From NCBI RefSeq assembly GCF_018143015.1, contig NC_054751.1:28385438-28449437 (forward strand): a stretch of 64,000 bases of DNA, read 5' to 3'. The notes beneath the pieces were generated by a model, which saw nothing but the letters and a program-made list of their open reading frames with translations, ran no database searches and had not been told where the DNA came from. Below, piece by piece: positions 12,586 through 23,208 of this stretch. Position 1 is the stretch's first letter, and each line of letters begins with the position of its first letter. The stretch comes from Lytechinus variegatus. Its lineage: Eukaryota. The position numbers and the translations under genes were made by a program.

Positions 12586-12785
12586 TAAGAAAGTGATTCG
12601 GGTCCTTGTTATTTGATACACTATCCTCATAGCAAAGCAATGACCAGTCAACAGAACTAGAAATTATTACCAGTCATCAGCACATTTTCCCGTCGGCTAG
12701 AATAACTGACAGGTCACATGATACGTGTCAGCCAATCATAATCCATTTCATAATCACTTTTATGCCACAGGGACCTGGGTTCTCA

Positions 12786-13741
12786 TTAAAGGACAAGTTC
12801 AGCCCAACATAAATCTGATTTGAATAAAGAAAAATTCAACAAGCATAACACTGAAAATTTCATCAGAATCGGATGTAAAATAAGAAAGTTATGGCATTTT
12901 AAAGTGTCGCTTTATTTCACAAAACAGTTATATGCATATCTAGGTCGGTATGCAAATGAAGAACTGATGACATCACTCACTCACTATTTCTTGTGTATTT
13001 TAATATAAGATGGGTGGTATGAGAGAAGGCTTCTGATTGGTCAATTGCAATTTCGTAATCCGGTATATGGCCACGATCGTGGCATATACCGGCAATTTCT
13101 GCACGATAGCTTGTGTACAAAACCTCATAAGGTGATCAATTGATTACAATTTTGTGTTCCCATCTCATATAACGCATAGTACATGCTTATCATCGTTCAA
13201 TATACAATATCATTTGTATCCATAAATTTCAAATTTCTCTTGTGTGTTTATATTTAAACTCGGCCAACGGCCTCGTTGAAATATAAACGCACGCGAGAAA
13301 TTTGAAATCTATGGACACTCATATTATGGTATATTGAACTCAACAGCATGCATTATATGTATAATATGAAATATTTTGATTTTCTCGTCATTGTCATGTG
13401 CAATGAAGGTTCATTCCACCCTGAACACGTGGAATTCCATTATTTCAACATTTTTTGCTTCAGGCAAGGAGGTCCTAATCGTCAAATTCGTAAAAATTGT
13501 AATATTGTATAATTCAAACAATAAAAAACAAAGAAATAGTGAGTGAGTGACATCATCGACACTCTCATTTGGATGTAGCTGGCTCAGTCATATAACTATT
13601 TTGTTAAAAATAAGTGAAACTTTGAAATGTCATAACTTTCTTATTTAACATCCGATTTTGATGAAATTTTCAGCATTGTGCTTGTCTAATTTTTCTATAT
13701 TGATTCAAATCAACATTTTTTGAGGTGGACTTGACCTTTAA
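12786..13741. mobile_element. Copy 3 of MITE family A, interrupted centrally by a ~360-bp nested insertion (13005-13375) that is rich in perfect palindromes
   Basis: The left half (12786-13005) and right half (13380-13741) match the family. The central insertion carries ccggtatatggccacgatcgtggcatataccgg and a 33-bp-arm hairpin around cggccaacggcc. Confidence 0.8.
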
Positions 13742-14280
13742 TTCTCTCTTTCAACATCAAGCTTCAGTGTGAAATAAAACTTTCATTGCCCGCAACTTGA
13801 CTACTCACTTATCATCATTCAGGTGTAGAAGATCGTTGATGTAATTCTGTCGTTCCACTGGGTACCCTCTTGCGTCTTTAAAGGCTGTATACGGGGAATG
13901 AATAAAAGGAAAACAATATGACATGTCGGTCATGTTCCCCATTCAGAAATATATGATACCACAATGTACATTTACAGTAATTTGAGCAAGTATCTTGGCA
14001 ATTTCTTCACTGAATGTAACTAAAACTGGATCACTCTGCCTTGTTCCCTGGAGAGCATTTCATGAAACCAAAACTGATTTCACTGACAAATGTTATAAGC
14101 TACTGAAATCATGGCACCTGATTAGTCGAGAGCAAATTAGACAGTGGAAATCACTGAAAGAGAACTCTTCATGAAATGCTCTACTGATAATGCCAAATAG
14201 AGCAAATACTACATGTATGTACAAAGGAGTCCACCAAACAAGTCACATGATGGACTGCAAACCTCTATGAAGACATACAC

Positions 14281-14370
14281 AAGTAAAAAATATCTATTAA
14301 TTGGTCGATATCTTCTTGATCGTTCATAGATTCCACACAGCAAAATATTATCCAGCTGCTCTATTAGACT
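14281..14370 (-). CDS. Candidate following exon of the phosphatase gene. It matches only weakly (GIYERSRRY against the GHCLERQNY / GIYKGDY region), and its donor is uncertain
   Basis: Acceptor ctaatag|AGCAGCTGG is phase-compatible with the previous exon and gives EQLDNILLCGIYERSRRYRPINRYFLL. A possible donor is TTACTT|gtgtat. The support is motif-level only. Confidence 0.3.
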
Positions 14371-14447
14371 ACAGGTAAGTAATGTTAATCTTTCATTTTA
14401 AGGGAAACAATAAAAAAGAAGAAATTAAATAGGAATCAATTACAAAC

Positions 14448-14494
14448 CTTTCAATGCATCCTCTGGCTTAAACCCCTCATGTTCTATCAGATAC
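14448..14494 (-). CDS. DUSP11: Exon of the DUSP11/PIR1-like phosphatase immediately after the catalytic exon
   Basis: Minus-strand translation is (R)YLIEHEGFKPEDALK, against DUSP11 RYLIDVEGVRPDDAIELF. Its phase joins the catalytic exon exactly: CG + G gives Arg. The acceptor is ttttgatag|GTATCTG and the donor is GAAAG|gtttgt. Confidence 0.65.
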
Positions 14495-14671
14495 CTATCA
14501 AAATAGGGGTAAAGTAAACGAGGAAGAGCACAAAATTATTGATAAAGTATACAAAGTATCACGAAGGAAACATACAAAAAAGGAAAACTTTCAGCATAAC
14601 ACATGGCACACACAAGGCATTCATTGAATAATGTATTGCAATCTGACAGCATAATGGTTAATGATTATAAT

Positions 14672-14770
14672 GAGCCAGGTTCGATTCCCACCTCATTACC
14701 AGGTCCCTCGGAGAGGACCTTAAGCCTTTGGTCTTCTGGTTTCTTGCTTACATGCATTCATGCTTTCACC
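14672..14770 (+). mobile_element. 3' fragment of SINE family S2
   Basis: gagccaggttcgattcccacctcattaccaggtccctcggagaggaccttaagcctttggtcttctggtttc matches the reverse complement of 10430-10500. Confidence 0.6.
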
Positions 14771-14986
14771 ATTACCTTCCCCCCCAAAAAAAATAGAAAA
14801 AAAAGAAATAAAATGAATGAATAAATAAAATCAATCAATCAATGAATAAAAATAAATAACAAAGCAATTAACAAATAAATAAAAATATTTACATTTTCAA
14901 TTTCTTTTCAATTAAATTCATTTATGGTTATCAATTTATACATTTATCAATTCATACATCTATCAATTTTCTTTATTTATTACTTA

Positions 14987-15844
14987 GGGGAAGGCGGGGT
15001 AAGTTGTGACAGTTTTTGCTTTTTGCATGTTAGAATTGATATGATTAATAATCTTGTCAAAATAAGTACCTTGCCTTGAAATTTAATTCTTCTGAAATAT
15101 TTTCCACCTATATATAACTTTCTATCCCCACACTGAAAGTCATCGTGACCTTTGAAAAAAACGATGTCAAATGGCTCAACTTGCCCCATATATGGGGTAA
15201 GTTTGAACCACCTTCTGGGGTAAGTTGAGCCACAAAAACTATGTACAAAATGTATGGGGGAGAACCAGCATGTCAATTTTTTGTTTAAAGTCTTTTCACT
15301 TGCTAATTCTCTATAAATACTAACATCCTGTAAAAGGAAAAGAGCAGTCATGTTAATTTGCTCCTTTCAGCCTGCATTTCAATCGATTTTTATGGTTTGT
15401 TTGTTTTTTAAGATACATTACCATAGGAATTACCATGGCTCAACTTGCCCCATGCTGTTTGGCTCAACTTACCCCAGTCCGGACTTAGTGCGATAATTTT
15501 GTATCCACACATTTATTATGCATCCATCATATAAAAGACTATGACAAGAATGAAGATCCATACCTGGACTAATAATGTTGTTATCATGTCTTCATTATAT
15601 TTAAAGACGTGTGTGTATATAAAGCACTTATCTATTTCACACTCTTTTTTACTTTTTTGGCTGAAATTCATATTTTTCCCTCTAAAAAACTACTTTTTGT
15701 TTCAAAGTTGGAAACAATGTGGTGGGGTTAGGGGTTATGCTATGGGTCATCAATACATGACACCACCACAATGTCTGACTCATTCATTATTGGCCTGGGG
15801 CTGGTGGCTCAACTTGCCCCTATGCTCAACTTACCCCGCCTTCC
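14987..15844. mobile_element. ~860-bp TIR element (GGGGAAGGCGGGGTAAGTTG ... CAACTTACCCCGCCTTCCCC) with subterminal direct repeats of GGCTCAACTTGCCCCAT / GGGGTAAGTT
   Basis: The termini are exact inverted repeats, and 15-20-bp motifs are reiterated near both ends. It lies in an intron of the phosphatase gene. Confidence 0.7.
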
Positions 15845-16021
15845 CCTACTATTCATTTATTCTATTTCTTTTATTGTGATTCTTAGGGGGGCAGGGGAGG
15901 GGGTAAATGTTGATGGGAATCATTTGTACCCCAGACTTTCAAACTGATAATGCATCATGTGACTTCTTTTGACTACATGTATATAAACCAATAATGCAAC
16001 ATGTAAGTACATTGTCCTCAC

Positions 16022-16082
16022 CGACATATAAGGTATCCAGTCCTATTCACCCCATGAGTACAGTGCACACCTATAATGGTAT
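16022..16082 (-). CDS. DUSP11: Catalytic exon of the DUSP11/PIR1-like phosphatase, carrying the HCxxGxxR P-loop. It is not present in the supplied ORF track
   Basis: Minus-strand translation is (x)TIIGVHCTHGVNRTGYLICR. This contains the Cys-based PTP active-site motif HCTHGxNRTG and matches DUSP11 (GVHCTHGLNRTGYLICRYL). The acceptor ctttctttttcag|ATACC is preceded by a strong polypyrimidine tract, and the donor is TGTCG|gtgagg. The incoming phase differs from the outgoing phase of exon 21231-21310, so at least one short exon lies between them. Confidence 0.75.
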
Positions 16083-17130
16083 CTGAAAAAGAAAGAAAGA
16101 AATAGAAAAGAAATACCATGAAATATCCACTGAAGTGAGAGTGAGGTACCGTTCTCACTACCTTCCTAAAACCAGTTTTGTGGAAACTAGTTCAACGTGT
16201 AATGAAAATGGTCGAAGTAATCTTCCATACCAGTTCAAAAAACCACCTCGCCATGTTGTTTTCAAGATCGCTTTGCCTTGTTAAACTGATTTTAGCGTAA
16301 GTTCTTCAGGAAGCGATCTTCGCACATTTTGAGCACACTACTGCACACACTGTGTGTAGAATGCCTATGTTGCACTTTCAAATTTCGCACGAAACGTGTC
16401 ACCCCACTGAGAGCATTCCCGTAGCAACAAGATTGCTTTACGTGAAGTGATTTCAAAAACCACTTTCGGGTGATCAAATGGAAACACTAGCAAAGCAACC
16501 TTCCAAACTGGTTTCCTGAACCGATTTCCAGCAAACTAGTTTTAGAAAGTGTAATGACAATGGGGTCTGAAAGAGACAGAGAAAGAGGGTTCAAACAAAA
16601 TAATGTCAAGAAGAAAAAACACACCACAGTGAAAACTAAAAGAAAAATTTAGATCAGGGTTTAACCTAAAAAAAAGTGAGATTAATCATAATGATACTCG
16701 AAGAGAGATTAATCTCCATCGTCTACTTTTGATAAAGAAATCAGTGGCTAGTCACGAAAAGGATTGAGATTGATTTCAATAAAACTTACATTGAGATTTA
16801 TCTCAAACTCATATCTCTTAACACAGCAGAGATCAATCTCAATTTGAATTTCAATGTTGAATCAATCACAGCTCTTTGCAAGACAGGGTCCTTATTAGCA
16901 ATTGATGTAACTGATTTTGTTGATAGTCTTCCAGCTATGCATATTCTTTCAAAACTCGATCAATAATATTCTTAAAGAATAAAAGCTTCTAGAGTCATGG
17001 ATCACTGAGTAAACCTGCAAACTATGAAAACAAGTGCTGGGGTTCAAATCACACTGTTGTCAAGAGGGAGGTATTCATTTCTGGTTATATAGATGAGCAG
17101 TTTGCTTGCACAACTTATTTCGTTTTAGAA

Positions 17131-18229
17131 ACAAGTGGAATGCCTCTGGCCGTCTCACCTGCATCACGCGGTTCAATATAGCAGCAGTGCTGACTTTGAA
17201 TACTACTCTTACTCGCACAAGATGTTCAGTGATACATGGTTACTCTTATGTCCACTTTTTATGAACTAGACCAATAATTACAGAGATATGATGGTTATTC
17301 AACAAAAAAACCCAACATGGCCAAATTTCATTGACCTTACATGACCTTTGACCTTGATCATGTGAACTGAAACTCGAACAGGATGTTCAGTGATACTTGA
17401 TTACTCTTATGTCCAAGTTTCATGAATCAGATCCATAAACTTTCAAAGTTATGATGGTAATTCAACAGATACACCCAATTCGGCCAAAGTTCATTGACCT
17501 TTGACCTTGGTCATGTGACCTGAAACACGCACAGGATGTTCAGTGATACTTGATTACTCTAATGTCCAAGTTTAATGAACTAGACCAATAAACTTTCAAA
17601 GTTATGATGGTAATTCAACAGATACTCCCGATTCGGCCAAAGTTCATTGACCCTAAATGACCTTTGACCTTAATCATGAGACCTGAAACTTGCACAAAAT
17701 GTTCAGTGATGCTTGATTACTATTATGTCCAAGTTTCATGAAACAGATCCATAAACTTTCAAAGTTATGATGGGAATTCAACAGATATCCCCAATTCGGC
17801 CAAAGTTCATTGACCCTAAATGACCTTTGACCTTGGTCATGTGACGTGAAACTCATGCAGGATCTTCAGTGATACTTGATTGACCTTATGTCCCAGTTTC
17901 ATGAACTAGGTCCATATATTTTCTAAGTTATGATGACATTTCAAAAACTTAACCTCAGGTTAAGATTTCGATGTTGATTCCTCCAACATGGTCTAAGTTC
18001 ATTGACCCTAAATGACCTTTGACCTTGGTCATGTGACATGAAACTCTAATAGGATGTTCAGTAATACTTGATTAACCTTATGCCAAGTTTTATTAACTAG
18101 GTCCATATACTTTCTAAGTTATGACATCATTTCAAAAACTTAACCTCAGGTTAAGATTTGATGTTGACGCCGCCGCCGTCGGAAAAGCGACACCTTTAGT
18201 CTCACTTTGCTTCGCAGGTGAGACAAAAA
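17131..18229 (+). mobile_element. Composite repeat, copy 1. It has the head aacaagtggaatgcctctggccgtctcacctgc, an internal ~150-175-bp tandem satellite of about 6 units, and the tail ...gccgccgtcggaaaagcg...cgcaggtgagacaaaa. GTCTCACCTGC near the head is the reverse complement of GCAGGTGAGAC at the tail
   Basis: The element recurs nearly intact at 30412-31524 (same strand) and 52817-54410 (opposite strand). The internal units share ...ttcattgacctttgaccttggtcatgtgacctgaaac...ggatgttcagtgatacttgattac... Confidence 0.85.
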
Positions 18230-18289
18230 TTACTAATCTCTTTTCTTTTGAATTCAATCAGACCATTATTGAAAATGAATATACTTAAT

Positions 18290-19490
18290 AGGGCTGGGAC
18301 TAAAACCCGGGTACCCGAGTCCCGCCCGGAAGCGTCAGGTACCCGGGTAGAAAAATCAATACCCGATACCCGAAAATTGCTCACCTGTATAACGTACATT
18401 TGATTTGTATTGCGTAGTGTAAGACATGATTGTAAACTCATCACATAAGTACACAAGTCTCATTTTGAATCTCACCAATTACCCTCGAAATATCCTTAAA
18501 TATACTAGTTTTTCAAGTGATGATGATGTGACTGAGATCGTTCAATCGTCGCCATGTTTCTTTTGCAGCGCAGTGACGTCATCCAGCCACTGCGACGCAA
18601 GCCAATTTATGAATGAAAATATAGTAAGCATGCGCATTGCAAGCCTCAGCCCCACGCAGGACGTCAAAACGAGTCTGCAATACTCTGTCACCTCGTACCA
18701 ATATCGACCTAGAATTCCACTTTCCTTTATTTCATATAAATTATGAAAGGTATTCTCGGAGGATCTGTTTTCTCACCGATACCACGCAAGTAAGGAAATT
18801 TTATTACTTCTTGCTTTTCCGTCAAATCGTACGAAGTAGCGTCGATGTTGCATCGTGTTTGTGAGTTTGTAGAATCTATCGCTACGTGAACAAAGTCAAT
18901 TGATTTCCGGGTTTCGGAGCGTCAAATGCGCCAGCCAATCACGATCGTGTTACCATTTTCGGTTTATGATGAACTGAAAATGGTATCAAGAACGTTATTG
19001 GCTTGCGCCTCGTATGCTCTGAAACCCGGAAATCAATTGACTTTGTTCACGTAGCGATAGATTCTACAAACTCACGAACACGATGTAATATCGACGCTAC
19101 TTCGTAAGATTTTGACGGAAAAGCAAGAAGTAATAAAAATTTGCTTACCAGTGCGGTATCGGTGGGAAAACAAATCCTCTGAGAATACCTTTTATAATTC
19201 ATATAAAATATAGAAAAGTGGATTTCTAGGTCGATTTTGGTACGAGGTGACAGAGTATTGCAGACTCGTTTTGACGGAATACTGCGTGGGGCTGAGGCTT
19301 GCAATGCGCATGCTTACTATATTTTCATTCATAAATTGGCTTGCATTGCATTGGCTTGATGATGACGTCACCTATGGGGTTTTTCCACCAGTCATATTTC
19401 GAGCGACATAATTTTCGGGTACCCGGGTACCCGCCCGAAAATTACCACGGGTACCCGAAAAGAAAAAAACCTGAAAGTCCCAGGCCTAAT
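18290..19490. mobile_element. ~1.2-kb foldback (long palindromic) element centred near 18975. Each arm carries TGACGTCA (CRE), CCAAT and GCGCATGC(G) motifs, and the termini are GGGTACCCG-rich
   Basis: 18560-18960 is the near-exact reverse complement of 18985-19385. The outer ends gggctgggactaaaacccgggtacccg ... cgggtacccgaaaag...agtcccaggcct are inverted. The centre is diverged but keeps agccaatcacg against agccaataacg. Confidence 0.8.
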
Positions 19491-20065
19491 ACTTAACAAG
19501 ATAAAGATCAATGCATCTTGTCATCTGCAGTAGAAATTTCACACAAAGAGCTCTAGTTTTACATGATTTCATGCACTAAGTTTGCTAATTATCATACGTA
19601 TTAATATCATCTCTCTGCCTCGATGATTGACATGTTTGAAATGACACTTATTCAAATAAATTTTAACAATAAGAGACTTGGCTTTTATCCACTTATCAAA
19701 ATTAAATGTATTTACCTTTATCTTTATTGGACTCCTTAAATGATGACATCGCAGTAGTAAACCTGAAATAAAATGTGACACAGACAATATTAAGAGAAAT
19801 TAAATGTAGCCCCAATTGTACCTCTATTACATACAGTATTTCTAAGGGAATAACATATAAAAACGGTGTTTCTTTTTTTTCTTTGTCATAGTGAATCTGA
19901 ACATGTGTGTGTGTGTGGGTGAATCATAGAATATAGAGTCCAGTCCTCCACAATGTCTCTGATGTCCATTGACAAGAACTAAAATGTGGTATGCATATCA
20001 AATGATTTTGGAAACTCTAGAAGCGTATAAAGTGTGTGCGGAGCAAACCAGAATCCGATGATCAG

Positions 20066-20266
20066 GGGGTGTTTCACAAAGATTTAAGTATGACTTAGAG
20101 TCGCACTTTAATGCCAAGTTGCCGTGTGTTTTAAAGGCATGACGGCATTGGTCAGATCATGCAAAGACGACGCACACTACTGCATATTGATCAATAAGAT
20201 TGCGCGTTTCATGTTGTGTGTGCGCCGGCATTTAAGTCATACTTAACTCTTTGTGAAACACCCCCC
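20066..20266. mobile_element. MITE with GGGGTGTTTCACAAAG... termini, related in end sequence to 494-680
   Basis: ggggtgtttcacaaagatttaagtatgacttag ... taagtcatacttaactctttgtgaaacacccc. Confidence 0.75.
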
Positions 20267-20835
20267 AGGGCTAATAATATATATACATGTATTTAAAGTG
20301 CATAGAGATGATCTGGGCCCAGTCTCACAAACAGGTGCAACAGATTCAAATCAAACAAAAATGATGATGTATATGGAATATATATATTTAAGAGATAGAG
20401 AGTTAAGTCAATCACAATTTAGGTTTGATTTTAATCCAATGGCACTCTTTGTAGGAAAGAACTATATTGTGTAGCTTAGTACACATCCTTTATTTGTCAA
20501 AGCAAAGCATCATGGTCTAAATTTATAAGTCTACCATAGGATGAATTGAATTGATAAAGCATTTCAAACCAGCAGTTCTCGATGTCAACAATAACCACAA
20601 ATTCTTGGATGCAGCGTATGCCATCAATTTGCCATTCACTTCATGCACTGAACTTAAAATTCAACTTCTTGTTCAGTGACGTGTGACCCCACAACTTCCG
20701 GACTACTTGTTTCGCAGCTAGCACTAGTCTCGTCGCATCCGCTTTCACAACACGTTCTCAATCTCTTCTTACACTGTGAGGAGGAATCATTGTAAAAGTT
20801 GCTGTTTGTGTCATCCCTCTTGGTGTATAATGTTC

Positions 20836-20922
20836 TTACCTTCAAGCTATCGGAAGTTACAGCGTCACACAAGTAAATGACATGAGGTACATCCTGGAAC
20901 TTTTTGTTATTGTCGAGAGCAA
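20836..20922 (-). CDS. Candidate internal exon of unknown assignment, lying inside the large intron of the phosphatase gene
   Basis: On the minus strand, acceptor atgttttcag|TTCTTGCTC and donor TTGAAG|gtaaga bracket (x)LALDNNKKFQDVPHVIYLCDAVTSDSLK. The phase is not compatible with the neighbouring phosphatase exons as modelled, and no family motif was recognised. Confidence 0.25.
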
Positions 20923-21230
20923 GAACTGAAAACATATTCTTGTTGTTTAAGCTTATACGGTGCATACCATTCAGCAGTGAATATTTGCGCCAACAACCTG
21001 CATTTGTGTTAGACTTGTCTCAAGACCCAATTGATGAAACTTTCAATCAGGTTCTGTAACCACATACTAGGATGGGGCGGGGGGAGCATTTCACTAAACA
21101 AATCTGTTACTTGTTATTTATTTGCAACTACTGGGCTCAGAACACAATTTTTTAGTGAAAATCAATGACTAATTGTTTTGTGAAACAAGAAACAAGATAC
21201 TGGTACTGTATAATAAACTGTTATACTCAC

Positions 21231-21310
21231 TTCTCTATGACTTCTGGTGAAGGCACAACATGACCCTGAGTGAAAATCTTTACATATTGCACATCCCTGT
21301 CAATAAAAAT
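21231..21310 (-). CDS. DUSP11: Next exon of the same DUSP11/PIR1-like phosphatase gene
   Basis: Minus-strand translation is IFIDRDVQYVKIFTQGHVVPSPEVIE(K). It is very similar to the DUSP11 segment YLKIFTVGHQVPDDETIFKF. The acceptor is ttttctttcag|ATTTTTATT and the donor is GAGAA|gtgagt, ending in phase 2. Confidence 0.7.
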
Positions 21311-22052
21311 CTGAAAGAAAAACAGAATCAAAGTGATTTGTTAACATTCTGATAACAATGTTTATAATATTTACAATAACACTATTTTTTAGAATATGGC
21401 ATAACATCTAAAGGTATATTGAAACTTTGAAAGGGTAAAGACTGACTTTTTAATAGAAAAATTACCCCCAAAATATGTAAAAGGTAGGCCTACAGGTTTC
21501 ACAGAAGACCATTTATTTTTCTGGGACATATGTTTGGTCCTGAAAAGGACCACCCAAACTTAAATCAGTTAGATATGATAAGCAATAGACAATTTGCATG
21601 AAGACAAAACATGGGTGGCACTAGGCTAATGATGGGGGGGGGGAGCAAGACACCCAAAAGGTGATATATTTCCTCAACTGATGACGATCTACAGAATTTC
21701 TATTGCGCCATATATCTCTATAAAAAAACATTTACAGGTGCAAGCTCACCCAATCAAAGTAATTACTACACATAATAAGTGATTTTTGAGGGACAATTAG
21801 AAAAGTTCAATGTTGTTGATTTAAAGGAGCGAAGAAGGGAGTTCCAAAGGTGTGGAGCAATAGATCGATTACAAGGACCAGACCTCTCCTTCATCATTTC
21901 TTTCTTTATCTCCACCTTTCTTCCTTTTGCCACCCCCTTCCCTTCTTCTTTCACTACTTGAAAATCATGGGGGGGTTGGTCACCCCCTGCCCCCCACCCC
22001 CCTCCCTCCCCGGTGGGGCCGCCCCCTGGGATAAAAATATACATGTACGTAC

Positions 22053-22152
22053 TTGTGGATTATAGTATCTAGTTGTGGCAGTCAGATCAATGAGAAGACC
22101 CAATTTGTAATTCATCTTATCTAGTTTGTCAAGAAGGGCATCTGGTGTGAAT
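22053..22152 (-). CDS. DUSP11: Exon of a DUSP11/PIR1-type dual-specificity (RNA 5'-phosphatase-like) phosphatase, N-terminal part of the phosphatase domain
   Basis: Minus-strand translation is (x)FTPDALLDKLDKMNYKLGLLIDLTATTRYYNPQ. This matches the conserved LGLxIDLTxTxRYY segment of DUSP11 and the mRNA-capping-enzyme triphosphatase domain. The acceptor is tttttttttag|ATTCACACC and the donor is CACAA|gtacgt. Confidence 0.7.
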
Positions 22153-22900
22153 CTAAAAAAAAAAATACGAAAAACAAATTAAGAACATGCGTAATTATAT
22201 AAATACTGGATGGGATACCAGTGGGGAGCATTTCATCAACATTTTTATCAGACAAGTTGTCAGAACTGATCGGCTAAGAGGAACTGATACCATGGTAACC
22301 ATTGAAATAAACAGGACTTGTTGGTTAAATGTCTGACAAGTCCTTTCATGAAAGTGCACTCCCAGAAATATTTGACAAGTTAGATCCAATAACGACCATA
22401 TCAGGGATGAGTGTAACATTGGCCCTAAAGAGTGTCCAGAATATATTTGATATCTCATGAAAAAAATTCCAGTCAATATACGCACTACATGTATTGTAAT
22501 CAATATTCATTAGACCATGCAAGTCAGCATTAACATGGACAGCAGATTTTGTACATGATGCATTTGGAGAATTCATAACATTTTGGCGAATCAAGCGATA
22601 TGCTTTAATATTGCACAGATAAACATGCTGACCAAAATACACAATTTTTATGCATTGCTGAAAACAAACAAATCACACAAGCATGAGATGACTATGAGTC
22701 CTTAAATAAAAGTTATCCGATGTTGACTTACTTGTCTTTTTCTCGTAATCTGAAGACCAGTTTCTGAAAATGTCAATAATAAAATAATGAATAATGGATG
22801 TCAAAGAAAAATAAAATAAGATTTGGTGTGACTCACATAAGAACAAGAGTAAGTTTCAACTAAAATGTAATTAAAGGAAACTACATGTATTATAAATCAG

Positions 22901-23208
22901 GGGCCAATTGCACGAAAGGGTCTTTGCAAGAACCGTCTTTCGTGTCGCCCATCTTTTATGATGTGCCATGTGAAACGCATTTTAAATAATTCATCTCCAA
23001 ACATATTTCATTCGTCCGTTAAAATAAGCAAAATATTTGTTTATAAAATATGATATATCATGAAACTGTATAAAATTTGATGTAAAAGCAAGCTAACGAA
23101 TCTTATTTTTTGTCATAAATTTCAGAAACACCCCGCTTATAAGCGAATCATAAAGATGGGCGACACGAAAGACGGTCCTTGGAAAGACCATTTCGTGCAA
23201 TCTGCCCC
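22901..23208. mobile_element. MITE with ~55-bp TIRs
   Basis: gggccaattgcacgaaagggtctttgcaagaaccgtctttcgtgtcgcccatcttt ... aaagatgggcgacacgaaagacggtccttggaaagaccatttcgtgcaatctgcccc. Confidence 0.8.

Noticed and set aside
20654-20965. 103-aa minus-strand ORF
   Set aside because: As a whole it is intronic read-through. Only the 20836-20922 portion is flanked by good splice sites, and it is kept as a low-confidence candidate exon
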